Source: Trichosphaerium sp. ATCC 40318
Lineage: Eukaryota > Protista > Tubulinea
Assembly (NCBI GenBank): GCA_038496445.1
Contig: JALMLS010000473.1
Location: 1-64,000, forward strand
Length of the DNA: 64,000 nucleotides
Reading direction: 5' to 3'
The notes below the pieces were generated by a model that saw only the letters and a list, made by a program, of their open reading frames with translations, did no database searches and had not been told where the DNA came from. The position numbers were made by a program, and so were the translations under genes. How positions within the stretch are numbered: position 1 is the first letter of the stretch; every line of letters begins with the position of its first letter. Below, one piece after another: positions 29,294-41,572 of this stretch.

Positions 29294-29522
29294 TGATTAC
29301 TTGTATGTTATAATTAGAGCTGCATTAATAGTTGTGAATAGTTTGGACCATTAGTCCTAATGAATGATGCTATTCAATGAATGTATGACGAAAAACATAG
29401 GGAGTTGTGTTTGATAAGATTCATAAAGGGCTTTGAGCGTTAGTAGTTGTTGAAGCACTACTTGTGTTTCCAGAAGGTGTACATCACGGCAAAGTCATAG
29501 ATATCTTACTAACCTTTTTTAG

Positions 29523-29790
29523 CCAAAATTCACTCAACCAAGTGGCACTGAATTAACCACTTTTATTGTTCCAAAAACACCTATACCACTTCAAAACACT
29601 GGAACTGATTGGGTGTCAGTTTTAACAAGGATAGGCATTACAATTGTGGGGAGCACAAGAACTTGCATCATTGATGAATGAACTTGAGATTCAAGTCAAT
29701 GAAATTGATCAAGAAGTGTTAAAGGAACTTGGATTAAACTTGATGGAACGTATCAAGGTTACAAAATCAAAGAACAAGGGCCTTCTTTAG
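29523..29790 (+). pseudogene. 3' gene fragment with a SAM-domain-like sequence
   Basis: DWVSVLTRIG..ELASLMNELEIQVNEIDQEVLKELGLNLMERIKV. It needs a 1-nt frameshift and has no clear 5' end. Confidence 0.35.
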
Positions 29791-30425
29791 TGGTGATAGT
29801 GAATTAGTTTACAACAATGGAATAGAGAATAAATAAACAACGCCGGAAGTCATAAACATAACATTTTCTGAGATGACGCATTACCTTCCTTGCAAGTTTT
29901 TTTCACACATGTTATTTCAGAGGCAACTTCGAACGTTTCTACCAGCACGAATTACATGTGTCAAAACTAGTTTGTGTACAAGGGCATAACAACAGGCAAT
30001 AGAACAGCGTGACTTCTCGTGTTAGAAGATGTTTTGCCAGTTTCTATTTCTATCAAACACTTGCAACTTCTTTCAGACTTTATAAGACTTGACAGTCCTG
30101 AGAACTAGCACAATGTGAACCTGTTTACACGTCACTAGTGTTTAGGGTGCATGCATCATCAGCAATGTGTACCTATCACAGGCACCTTGTGTACCTTAAG
30201 TGCAAGTAATATTTCAATCGCAAGGCAACGAAAAACAATAACTCACGCAAAATGACGAAAACAAAGTATTTGGCGGTTTTACAAAATCACGTGCGTCTAA
30301 TAAATAATATTGAACTTATCTCGATGCGCTTTGGTGGATTGCTTACTTTCATTTGTACGAGCGTTAATTGTTGTCTGGAGATGCTGTTTGACTTTCTAAC
30401 ATTTCAATTCTGAGAGACAAACAAC

Positions 30426-31670
30426 ATGTTAACTGTTGGTAAGTAGTTAAGGCGATTATTATTAATTTACCACTTCTCCAAGACGTGTGGAAAGACAATA
30501 AACGAGTAGCTCAAATGAAGACTGAAGTAACAATTGGAAAAGAGGTTCCAGTGATAGCGAATCAACTTGAGGACTGTAAAGGTGATAGTAATCAAGTTGT
30601 ACTTACTCTTGGAGACAACGTCACTCTAGATGGTGTTAAGCGTACGCTATGGTTTAGAGTATTTAACGTGTGAGGTAGCTAACTGAATCAAGGCATACTC
30701 AATGAAATCGCTCACAAATCAGAGTCCTTAACTTCCACCAAACACGACATTGCTGATTTGAAAGAAGCTCAAATTGCCGCTGATTTTTTGGGTTGTCAGG
30801 TTTGTTAACTTATTAAAGCTTACCTTGTTAAGTGTATGACGTAGAAACTGTATGAAAAGTATACCATTGAGGTAGTGTTGGCTTCAAATGATAGCTCACA
30901 AGTAATTTCTGTCTTTGGAGTTAAGCAAGCAAAATTGAAGTTGTCAAGTATTAAAAGTCATGTATACTTGTACTTGGCTGATGGTGCCATACAAACAATT
31001 GCAAGAAAAGAGTATGATGTCACATATAAACCAATAGTTCTGGCATTGTTTGATCTTGCAATTTCGAGGCTAGTTTCCGGATATACCGACATGTTCTGCA
31101 AAGTGCACATTCCTGTGTACTTAAAATATGTGGATGATGCAACATTGTACAACATACTGAAAAAATCAAAAATGTAAGTCAGCTGATTTTGCTTTTGTTT
31201 GTTTATTAATTCACTGTTTAGTGAAAGGTGTAGAAAGAAATGTTGTTTTTCTGCACTTCTAGAGCGTGCATTGGTACACGCACTCAATGATAAAACTCCA
31301 ACTGATTGTTTTACATTTGTTATGGTACACAAACGTTGTTTTTTCGATCATTGCAAAAATGCTGATAAATTATTGTACGATACATTTTAGCACTGTGACA
31401 GATTATAACCAGATACATTTACAGGCTTATCTTATGTTGCAAAGCCGGAGATAATGTGGACCTGTTGGCAAAGTTGTGTGAGCAAGTGCACTATCATAGA
31501 AACAGTCTGACTGATACATGGTCACTACTTGCTATGTATAAAGTACACTATGGTAAGTAGTATCTGTGTTGGCAGACATGACAATAAACTAAGATATGAA
31601 AGTCATGTTGTGGGAACTTTGATATTTGGAGACACATTTTGTCTACTTTTTAAAAGCCACTCCTGATTTG
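30426..31670 (+). CDS. Spliced hypothetical protein with a Skp1/BTB-like N-terminus
   Basis: PVIANQLED...LKEAQIAADFLGCQKL. The 3' end is approximate. Confidence 0.5.
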
Positions 31671-32021
31671 TAGCACCTGTGACTTTCTGTTCTTATGGCC
31701 ATGTTAAGTACTGCATGAAGATACACTAATGGTATAGCTTGCAGAGTTGCAAAAGGCTACCTATGTTCACAAACCATCCCAAAATCAGGCTTAGCGCTAA
31801 CACAAAATAGCGTTATATTTCAAGTCAAATCCAATTTGTAGTCGCCTTGGTTTTTCGTTGTTAAAATGGTAGAAGAATTTATTATGTGACTCCATTATAG
31901 CTATTTAAGGTTATGTTCATAGCTTAACTTGGCTTAGACTACTTTTGGTATTCCAAGCAGTGATTAAGGACAAGACTAAGGAGAGTGATAATTTTATACA
32001 AACAAATTTTATTTCAGTACA

Positions 32022-32618
32022 TTATTCCTCCTCTACCGCCATTGATAGCCAATCTAAACCTTCATACAACCCTTCACCTCTAACTGCACAAGTACCTTCA
32101 ACATGCCACTTTCTATCACGTAACTTAGACAAGCCCATCTCCTCAGTCACTTGAGAGGGTGTCAGTGCGTTTGGTAAATCTTGTTTATTCGCAAGAACAA
32201 GTAATGCTGCATCTTTTAATGCGTCCGATGTAAGCATTCTTGCCAGTTCGTGTTGTGCCTCCTCAATACGCTCTTTGTCGTTACTATCTACAACAAATAT
32301 AATTCCATTCGCTCCCTTATCGAACTCATACTGCCATACACGGCGTATTTTATCCCTTCCGCCGAAATCGAAGGTTGTAAAACTGATATTTTTATAAGTG
32401 ACTCGTTCAACGTTAAAACCGATTGTAGGTATTGTCGTAATTATTTCACCAAGTTTTAGCTTGTATAACGTCGTTGTTTTGCCTTTAGATACAAGAGTTA
32501 ATTAAAACATCATAATACGCGTTTATATACCTGCAGCGTCCAATCCTACCATTAATATGTGATGTTTTTGGCTATAGTAGCCAAATAATTGTTTAAACTT
32601 ATTAAATACGCCACCCAT
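32022..32618 (-). CDS. ARF: ARF-family GTPase, divergent (1 intron)
   Basis: [12 protein letters not shown] myristoyl/amphipathic helix, [38 protein letters not shown]. Confidence 0.9.
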
Positions 32619-33215
32619 ACTCTCGTTGTCTTATATAGGCGATAACTTACCGGAATGAGATGTTCTACAAATTTAGATACTGACGTAGAAGCAACGTCGC
32701 TGCTTAACTGAATTGTAAACACAGTTTTGACTACCAAATCTCAACAACTTTTGACTCTAATTCTTGTCCTGCTAAACCATATTGCACATCATTCGTGCCA
32801 TTAAAGAAGGCGTTTGAGATGGTTATTAATACTTGAATTACACGTGTACTACCAAAACTGAAACACAAGTAAACGTTTGGAACTCGCTGAAATTTCCACC
32901 ATGATGCAAACCTTGAAACGTGTTGTAGTCTTCCGTGAGGATGCCACATTCTGCACTTACTATTGAGGTTATTTTGAAATGTTTTAGTCTGGGATACCGT
33001 AGTCACTACTGGTTTGTACCTACTTCCTTTGAGCAAAGGACATCACGTGTTAACTTGACCCACAATACCCTTAAAGCCTAATTAAATACAATAACGGATA
33101 AAAACTGGACAGCTGGACAGTGCTTCTGGGAAGCTGGCAACAAAAAGTACATAAATAATATTGGACAGAACGTAACAATCAAAAAAACAACAGAATCAAT
33201 TTAAAAAAGTGTCTT

Positions 33216-34358
33216 TTATTGATTTGCGAACAACCATTTACCGGCATCTGTCATTGACTCGTCAGGACGTGTTAATCTATGATCATCTTGATCGTAACTG
33301 TAAACATAAAGCTGTTCAACAGAACTGTAAGTGTTCAATGCCTTTGTAAAGTGCTGGAACATGAAATTCCTCTTCCAATCAGAAGAGAACTTGCTCTGTC
33401 TGTATCCCATCTCAGTAATATAACACTTCTTGTTTGTAGCAGCCAAAAGAGGGTTCATATAATCGGCTAACCAATCACGTGCTTGAGCTTCTCTTACGTT
33501 GATATTAGCAGAACTGTAAGTCAAGCCAGGGTACATATGAGCGGAGTAACCGTCAAGCGTAGCAAGGAAGTCAGGATGATGACTAGGTTGACCCGGAAAG
33601 TTACCACGAATAATATCTATTGTAGCAGCTGGACTTAACATTGTACCACCGGCATTAACTAACCATGGACCGTTGTCAGTATGAGCAAGAGATCCAAGGA
33701 TAACTTTTGGTCTTGTTGCCGCTTGATTAAATATACGTCTAATAATAATACGAGCAAGCTTAGCGAGATGTCCAGCTTTTCTTACAGACCATCTAATTGA
33801 TCCTGGAATTTGACCCCACGTGTACGTTTGATCGTAAATAACACCTTGACCGCTAGGTTTGATTGGGAATGCGCCATTGAACGCAGCCCAGTTGAACTCG
33901 TTACCTACTTGAACAACATGGATATGACATCCGTTGTCTTTGAATGCATTGAACAATGTGTGAATCCAAGTTTGGTAAGTAGGTACGTGGATTTGATGGA
34001 GTTGGTAGTTATCCCAGAACGGCGCTCCTGAGTTACCGACACGAATGGTTCTACCAGGGTAAAGCTCTGGTTCACCGCAAAGATGAAGGAAAAGAAGTAC
34101 TTCGAGGCCAATAGAGTTGCAGTGCTTTATATGAGCGACTACTGCGTTCAGTTGGCTTGTACGTGATAGGGAGAGGCGTATTCTGTTAGCTCCTGAGTTC
34201 TTGATTCTGTTTAGCATAGCTTTGGCTTCATTAAGGTTTCCGCCAGCGTGCCAGTACAGATTAGAGCGGTGTACGCCTAAATCGAAATTAAACGCACTAG
34301 TTGTTTGAACAAATAGCGCTAGAAGAGCAATTACGCTCAATAATGAAATAGCGTTCAT
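33216..34358 (-). CDS. Secreted clan GH-A glycoside hydrolase, intronless
   Basis: Signal peptide, VQVGNEFN acid/base motif, SAHMYP and YITEMGY nucleophile motif. Confidence 0.8.
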   Translation of the reverse strand: MNAISLLSVIALLALFVQTTSAFNFDLGVHRSNLYWHAGGNLNEAKAMLNRIKNSGANRIRLSLSRTSQLNAVVAHIKHCNSIGLEVLLFLHLCGEPELYPGRTIRVGNSGAPFWDNYQLHQIHVPTYQTWIHTLFNAFKDNGCHIHVVQVGNEFNWAAFNGAFPIKPSGQGVIYDQTYTWGQIPGSIRWSVRKAGHLAKLARIIIRRIFNQAATRPKVILGSLAHTDNGPWLVNAGGTMLSPAATIDIIRGNFPGQPSHHPDFLATLDGYSAHMYPGLTYSSANINVREAQARDWLADYMNPLLAATNKKCYITEMGYRQSKFSSDWKRNFMFQHFTKALNTYSSVEQLYVYSYDQDDHRLTRPDESMTDAGKWLFANQ

Positions 34359-35425
34359 TGTGAGGTGCACGAGTGGTGATTGTCTGAAAAAACAAGAAAA
34401 AGAATAAGAACGGAAGTTAAACTTGGCAAGTTTTTCTGTTTTTGGACATAACCTTGAATTGGTAGGAGAATCTACTGTGTTGTAGTATAGAACTAGATCC
34501 TTCTAGTTACTGATTTGAGTTTGGTTCAGAAAACTGAGAACAGTTCGGAGTAAGAAACCAACAATTTCCATATTTGCTTATTGTCTTCTTGTTTCGTATT
34601 TACTTTTACGAATAGAAGTACTCAACTTTAGAACCATTCATAGCATTGGTATCAGTTTGTTTTCGCGTAATAAAGCTAATAGAACTCGATTGACACTTGT
34701 TGAGACCATAAAACGTAAAAGTAGTTCTTTTATACTGTCAATGTTCCTGCTGTACGCCAAATAGTTCAGAAACGCGACTTTCTTCGTTGTTAGATGAGAA
34801 CAAAGCGTAACAACTATTATATTGATCTTGATTACACTATCTTGCTATTGAATACCTCCTGCAAGTCATGTATAGGTTATACGCTTGTCTGAGTTCTTCG
34901 CTTTCCAAAACAGTCTCGTGTTACAAAAGTTTGTTGTTTTACAACTGAGCGTACTATACAGAATGATTATGTAACGGTACTGCGAAACAGAGCGCTTTTT
35001 GCTTTGAAATCAATGAGAACAGAGTATTTTTCAGAAATTTCAAAAATTCCCACACATGTGATAAAAGAGTCCACAAGAAACCGTTGACAAAATCAAAACA
35101 ACAATTCAGACGGCAGTACGTGGTATTTTGTGGTTTTGTTGGCAATATTTTAGCACTTTTATAACGCAATAAGATTGTTAACAGTTTCTTTCTAACTGTC
35201 CTTTTAGTACAAGCGTTTATAGTAGACAGTGGGTCCGCCACGTGCTAAGCGGTCGTCTGACCTCGCGCTCTATCTTTCACATCTATTGCTGGATCCATGG
35301 CTGGCGTTACGGTCGTAAAAGGTGCGTTAAAAGACCAAACGACCAAAACCATTTTTTTTTGTATCACGTGATATCTACTATGTAGTTTTTTATTTTAAAT
35401 TGTTGTTGTAGCCAATTGCCGATGT

Positions 35426-36084
35426 TAATACAACTGGTGTATATGGGATTGTAGGATAAAATTGCGCATGGGCCAATGTGTAGTAGGGATCATAACACCC
35501 TCATCATATTCTTCACCATCGGTCGGCATATCACCATCCGTATGTACAATTCTGGATGGATCTGCGTACTCTTCAATAGCGCAAATTGTCTCTGCTTCTG
35601 AAGCTTTGACTGACTCTACAACCTGTGCTGGATCCTGTACTTGGTCAAAAGGTTCCTGTATGACAGTTCCAGGCTCGAGATTGTCAACAGCACCTAAAGA
35701 AGTACACGAGTATTAGGTTAACAACCTCTACTCACACTAAAAAAATAAAAACAAACGCTTTGTTTGCGTCAGCGCCACCTGTACTTTTTAAATGTTACTA
35801 GCAAACATACAGCATTTACATAACCATACCGATATATTACGAGGTATCTCGGATAACCTCCAGTGGAACTTCTATGTCGGTACTACTTTCATACAGCTCA
35901 AACCATTTCTAATGAAATAAAGGTATTAGCTAATGCAATGCAAAAAGGATGGTTGATAGTCATACCACAGGTGCATTTCCATCTGCGTCAGATGTTACTC
36001 GTTTGGAGTACACTCGTTCGCTTGGGTACCCGCCATCCCAAGTTCCGTACATTGCAAACCTTACAACTTGCAAGGGCGTTCTAG
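35426..36084 (-). CDS. Hypothetical spliced acidic protein (5' end unresolved)
   Basis: The exons TPLQVVRF..NAPV / KWFELY..PLE / VALTQTKR / AVDNLEPG..HQLY* join in frame. Confidence 0.35.
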
Positions 36085-36355
36085 ATAAAAATTCCCTGTG
36101 AATGCTATCATGACCCAGTTTTTGATCGACCAAAAAAGAAAAGGAATAAAAAGCTTTTACAAGTACAACAAAGACACAATTTGAGGTAGTTTGCCTTGTT
36201 TTTTGAATAAAGTTTACCAATTACAACTAAGCACTAAAACAGTGGTGGCACCTATCAATTAAGGTTCCTAGCCTTGAATGAACCAAATATCACTTGCCGC
36301 TTACCCAGTAGAACACCATGTATTACAAGAAAAAAACCAAGAAAGAAATTGTTTA

Positions 36356-39300
36356 TTACTTTTTAAAGTAGCCCATGCCCTTCTTTTTAAGGCTACTTGA
36401 AGCTTTTTGTTGTGCTTTTGGATCATTGGCTTTCTGAGATACACCCTTACCAACTTGTTTTTGAACAAACCGATTCTTAGCTAGTTTCTTTGCAAGCTAA
36501 AGAAAAAAAACGTGAGACTCGAAAAAAATTTTGAAAAAAACAAAAACAAATTCTTTTCGATTATGTGGTACACAACAACCGCAGTTGCTGCTATAACAAC
36601 ACAAATATGTTCTACCAAAGTAGTATAACATATATCACGGAAAAATCAAAGATAGTACATACAGGGTTCGATGTGTTTTCCGCAATAGCATTACCAACTG
36701 CTACTTGATTGTTTTTATCCATCGCTTGGTTTCCAACTTGCTTACCTAAGGTAATTTCTTTGTTTAATACACATAACAGAGATTACAAATAATTTTAGAA
36801 GGTATTTTAGGTAGTACGACACATCACTCTGTCACAAAAAAGATCCAATAGATAAAAAGTGTTTCATACCTATTTCACGTTGTGCTTTTACTTCCATCTG
36901 TTGTGCATAAGCGTTTGCTTGTTCCTCCATATTTTCTGCATATTGGTCCATATTATCGCCTTCTGGCATACCATATTGCTGTCCGTATGAATGTCCTGGT
37001 CTAGGAGGAGGAGCACCACTAGTAAAAAGAAATGAATAAGCAAACAAACAAAGTTAACAAAACTTCTTTTCCAACTTTGTAGTTTCTGAACATTGGTTTT
37101 TTTCATTCCTTCGTACCCATAGTTACTACTTGGACGACTTGGTGGACCTGGAGCTGCTGCACCAACACCAATTACACCATTTACATAATCGACAGTAAGC
37201 TCTGGAGGAACAACTGTAGGCACAGAAGGTAAGATTTTCCTGAGAAGACCATTTATAACAAACATAGCAACAGTAAATTCCAGAACGTTCAATTGACCGT
37301 CCTTATTTTGATCAGCAATTTCCCAAATAAGAGCTAGTGTAGCCTCACTAAAAAAATGTATAAGCAAGAAAGAAAGATAATAAGGTAAAGGAAGGAAGAG
37401 ATCAACAAAAACCAGAAAAAACCAAGAATGTTGACAATTCTGTAGTTTGTTTCACTCGTCACGTACTCCAGGTTTGAACGTGAAAATAATTGTGCTGCCT
37501 TTGCTCCAGTAATAAGACCAAGATTGCTAGGATCCTCTCTACGGAAAATAGCACTGTATTTTTGTAACTCAGAGTCCGGAATACTCCACTTGCTCTTTAA
37601 AAGAAAAGGTAAGAATCTACAACAGAACCACAACACGAACCTGAGGAGGTGTATTGTAGGCTCCAGGCCTTTGAGGTGCAGCACCCGGTCTTTGAGGCGC
37701 AGCTGCAGGCCTTTGCGGTGCTGCTGATGGTCTTTGAGGCGCAGCTGCAGGTCTTTGTGGCGCAGCAGCTGGTCGTTGAGGTGCGGCAGCAGGTCTTTGT
37801 GGAGCAGCCGCTGGACGTTGAGGAGGTGAAGCATTTCCAGGTGCTGTATAAGATCTATCACGAACTCCTGGTCCGTGTCCTGGTCTTGGAGGTGCACCAC
37901 CTGGTCTTCCTGGTGCATGTGAAGGTCTCTTTGGCCCACCACGACCTCTACCTCTTCCTTTACCTCTATGTGCCATGCGGTGTTTTGGATGTCCTTTAGG
38001 GTTACCACGTCCGTATCCCTTCTTTCCATAACCTTTCTTAACAGCCTAAAGCGCAATCAATCCTAACCACGGTTTATACAGCCAACTTACGCCTTTTGGT
38101 CGCCCATAACCACCAGCACCGCCTACTGGCATAACTCGTACACCTAATAGAGTTAACTTACATTTAACTCAATACATGAAAAGCAAAAGACGCAATACCT
38201 GGAGGGACAGAGCGTGGTCTATGAGGTGCAGGTGATGACCTCTGCGGAGCAGCTGCAGGACGAGAAGGAGGGGTCATATCTCTAGCTGCCATTGGTGCTG
38301 GTCCTAGTAAAAAAGTTACATAAACCAATAGAGTATGATACAACACTTACTTGCTGGTGCAGCAGCTGGTTGTGAATACGCTTGTGGTGATGGTACTGGG
38401 GCTGTGTAAGCCTGTGGTGACGGTACTGGAGCCGCGTAAGCTTGTGGAGTAGGAGCTGGTGCACTATAGCTACTTGCAGATCCATATTGTGCTGGAGGCG
38501 TTGAAACAGCGGTTTCTTGAAATAAATGTTAACAACAAAAAAAATGCAACAGAAGCAGTGGTAAAACTCGTACTGTACTCTTCAGCAGATGAGTCAGACT
38601 ACACAGAAAATCGTTAGAAGAAAAAAATGAGAATTTGGCACGTGTCACGTGCGTGTCATGTCAAAAAAAAACAGAAGTGAATGAAATGTGTTTTGTACCA
38701 TTGAGATTGAATCTTCTGGTTCTCTTGGTTTTCTTCTTGAAGGTTTCTTCCTGCTTCCACCGCCAGATGATGATGTATTCATATTAAAAGCAGTGGACAT
38801 TTTTGTAAACAAATTAGATTGAGACTCTTGTAACTAAGTAAAAACAATGTTAGTACATGTATATATAATCTATAAAGTAATCTTACACCCTCATAGATAG
38901 ATTGAAAGTCATCAGTACGGTTCTTGCAAAGTTCTTCCAAATTGTCTTGTAATTCTTTATTATAATCTTCAAATGCTTCTCTAGCATCATCTAACTTCAA
39001 CTTTGCTGCCTATTTCGACTGTTTGAGGAAAAATAATATTAAACGTTAACGCACAGATGCTTTATCCTCTTTAGCACTGCTATGAGCCTTTTGCTTGCTT
39101 TTAAAGTCAGTGAATAGCTTATCTCGCTCTCCAATTTGTTTCTAAGCAAGATCTTAATAAAAATCCTTTCTACTGCCGTAACAAACCTTATAAGATGTCA
39201 CACGCGTTTCATATGTTGATATTTCAGCTGTTAATACGCTCATTTCGTTCTATGAGGAGGTGAGGTGGAAGAAAAAAATAATCAATGAAATTCCGTTTTT

Positions 39301-40006
39301 TCAAATATGTCACTTGACACGTACTTCAAAGTCTCCAATTGTATCTGCAATAATTTCTGTTGACATTACGAACTCAGATTGTGTAGCTGACTATGATTTG
39401 GGTCAAAGAAAAGTACAAGAAGCAAAAGAAAAAAAAAACTTTTTTCATGAAGTTACAAGTCTCGCTATGAGTCTCAAAATACTTCCATACGCGAATAAAA
39501 ATACGTGTACGTCTAATAAAAGCAATACCCGACGTGAGCCCGTTAAAGAAAAGTAGAAAAGCTTATTTTGTGTAAAAATGACGTACGTTATCATAAAACT
39601 CATCCAACCCTTTACTCAGCTCTTGTAGTGGCCCAACGATACCTTTTTTAATAATTTTCAGTTCGGTTTTGGTTTTTTACCATAAAACATAATGAAGCTC
39701 TCATTTGGCTATTGCGTACCTTTCACTGCTTTCTCATACTTTTTAAGATCAGAAGTAATGCGGTTTAGCTGTTTCTTTAATTTTTTGAAGTTTTCTCGCT
39801 GGATTTCAAACTCTCCATACTCTGATTCGCCTCCTTTAGGGTGTTTATCCCGTTTTAACTTTCCAGCAACTTTTGATTTCTAAAAACTGTTATTTTCGAG
39901 AGTTATTAATCGCATTTGCTTTAAAAAACTACTGTAGATACTTTAAAGCACCAAGCGCAATTGTACTTAAAAATAAACATAAGAAGCTCCGTACCCAAGA
40001 TGCCAT
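36356..40006 (-). CDS. Multi-exon protein: BAR-like helical N-terminus, Pro-rich repeats, EH domain, basic tail
   Basis: FEIQRENFKKLKKQLNRI..., RDKLFTDF, LDDAREAFEDYNKELQDNL (BAR-like); W.IPDSELQKYSAIF..ITGAKA..LALIWEIADQNKDGQLNVLEFTVAM (EH). Confidence 0.75.
37665..37822 (-). repeat. 21-bp coding repeat (PQRPAAA), about 7-8 units
   Basis: Visible in ORF 37617..37976. Confidence 0.9.
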
Positions 40007-40129
40007 GCTTATTTATTTTTCTAAAGCACCTGGAGTGTTATTGTGTTGGTTCACGCTAATATTTCGGTTCTCTTAACTACCAGGCTTCTCGCTTAAAGTC
40101 ATCCTACAAATCACCTCTAACTGTTTATT

Positions 40130-41209
40130 ATGGTACCACTACTACGTCCAGATATGTTATTAATACAAAATAGCCTGTTTTCGTACTATATATGCGAGCA
40201 ATGCTCGAAAATGTCGAACAAGTCATCCCAGATGAAGGAAAAACGTAATTTTATACTTTTAGTAGTATTTAGAGTCTAATTACAAATTATAGGTGGCACT
40301 GCAAAGTAATGAGTATTAAATTGCTCTTAAACACTAACTAGAACAAGGTAAAAGGTCCTGGTGGCGAAATTAAGGATGTTTTCATAGATCCAACAGAAGA
40401 GATTGAAAACCCAAAGGGTCGCGGTACAGGTACACTAAACGCACTATAGAGGTGGTTTCAGTCACTTACTTTTTTGACAGTAAACGCCATTCTCAAAGTG
40501 AAGGGAGGACGCCAAATCGGCATGATTACCGTCGTACCTAACAGTATTGTACTAGATAAGCCTTTACTCTACATTCAACTAAAACCGTTAAAAAGAAACC
40601 GTACACTGCGGATGGCGAATGGGCTGAGCTCGTATCCTTCGATTGCAGAGGTTGTAGTATTGAAGAGTACATCCCAGCGGTACAATAGCTTACTCTCGCA
40701 AAAAAGTAGTAAACTGGACGTAGTAACGCATTATAAGGAAGGATGGAGTTGTAATAGCTCTGAGAGTAGATTCAAGTTCTCTGAGGTTGATTTGTCTGAT
40801 GACTGGTGAGTATTTAACGTAGCAATCACGTGATTTTTCGAATCGAAAAAGAAAACAAATTTAACATTTTCTTCATTACGCCTTACCCACTTCGCAAACC
40901 AAGGGTACAGTGTCTTTATTATATTATAGAATACACTAATAGTTACCTATATAATTCATAGTACTATTTTTGTTATTGTGTTTATGTTGTAGTGTTCCAA
41001 AACAAGCAGTGAATTTTTTTTCTTGTTTTTTTTATAGTTTATTCTCGTATAGGATTGACTACGATGAAGATGCTGGTGTTACTGTGGGTATCACTGAAAT
41101 AGAAACGAAGATAGAGAGTGAAAAAGACGCTAGTACGTCAAGACAAAGCCTCACAACTATGTAGTCTAACGAAATGTTTCTAGAGAAACTACGTAAACAA
41201 AAATATTAA
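40130..41209 (+). CDS. CZIB: DUF866/UPF0587 (C1orf123/CZIB-like) protein
   Basis: M/PVFVLYMRAMLENV..GRGT..KPY..FDCRG..DDW/IDYDEDAGVTVGITE matches the family signatures. Confidence 0.8.
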
Positions 41210-41572
41210 CAGCCCGACGTTTCAAGTATCACATTGTACACGTTTCAAAATATATTTTTTTCTTTGAATATTATCCTTCCATTGTAGTGCTACTACACTT
41301 AAACAAAAATTTGAGTGTTTATAATATAAACGTTGTTTCTTCTGATGGCAGTTTGCACTTACTTCGATACCAATTTGGGTATGTTTATCTTGCTCACAAT
41401 CCTATGAACAACAGCGAGTAGTTGACAGTTACCAACTCCAGCCGCATACTCCTTGAGTCACAATTTGAATGAGAGGCGGTAGAAACGTTATTTTGAGGAC
41501 CGTTGGCGGAACAGCAATTTTTTTAAGGAAGACAGATTACTTTATCATAGCTAGTATTTTAGCTTTTTGTGT

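Noticed and set aside
34425-35298. Possible J-domain gene (YYKRL..ETVLESEELRQAYNLY)
   Set aside because: No HPD motif was found, and I could not build a stop-free spliced model.
37960-37985. RMAHRGK in the BAR-EH protein resembling the RMxHxTSGK repeat
   Set aside because: It is a single partial match in low-complexity basic sequence.
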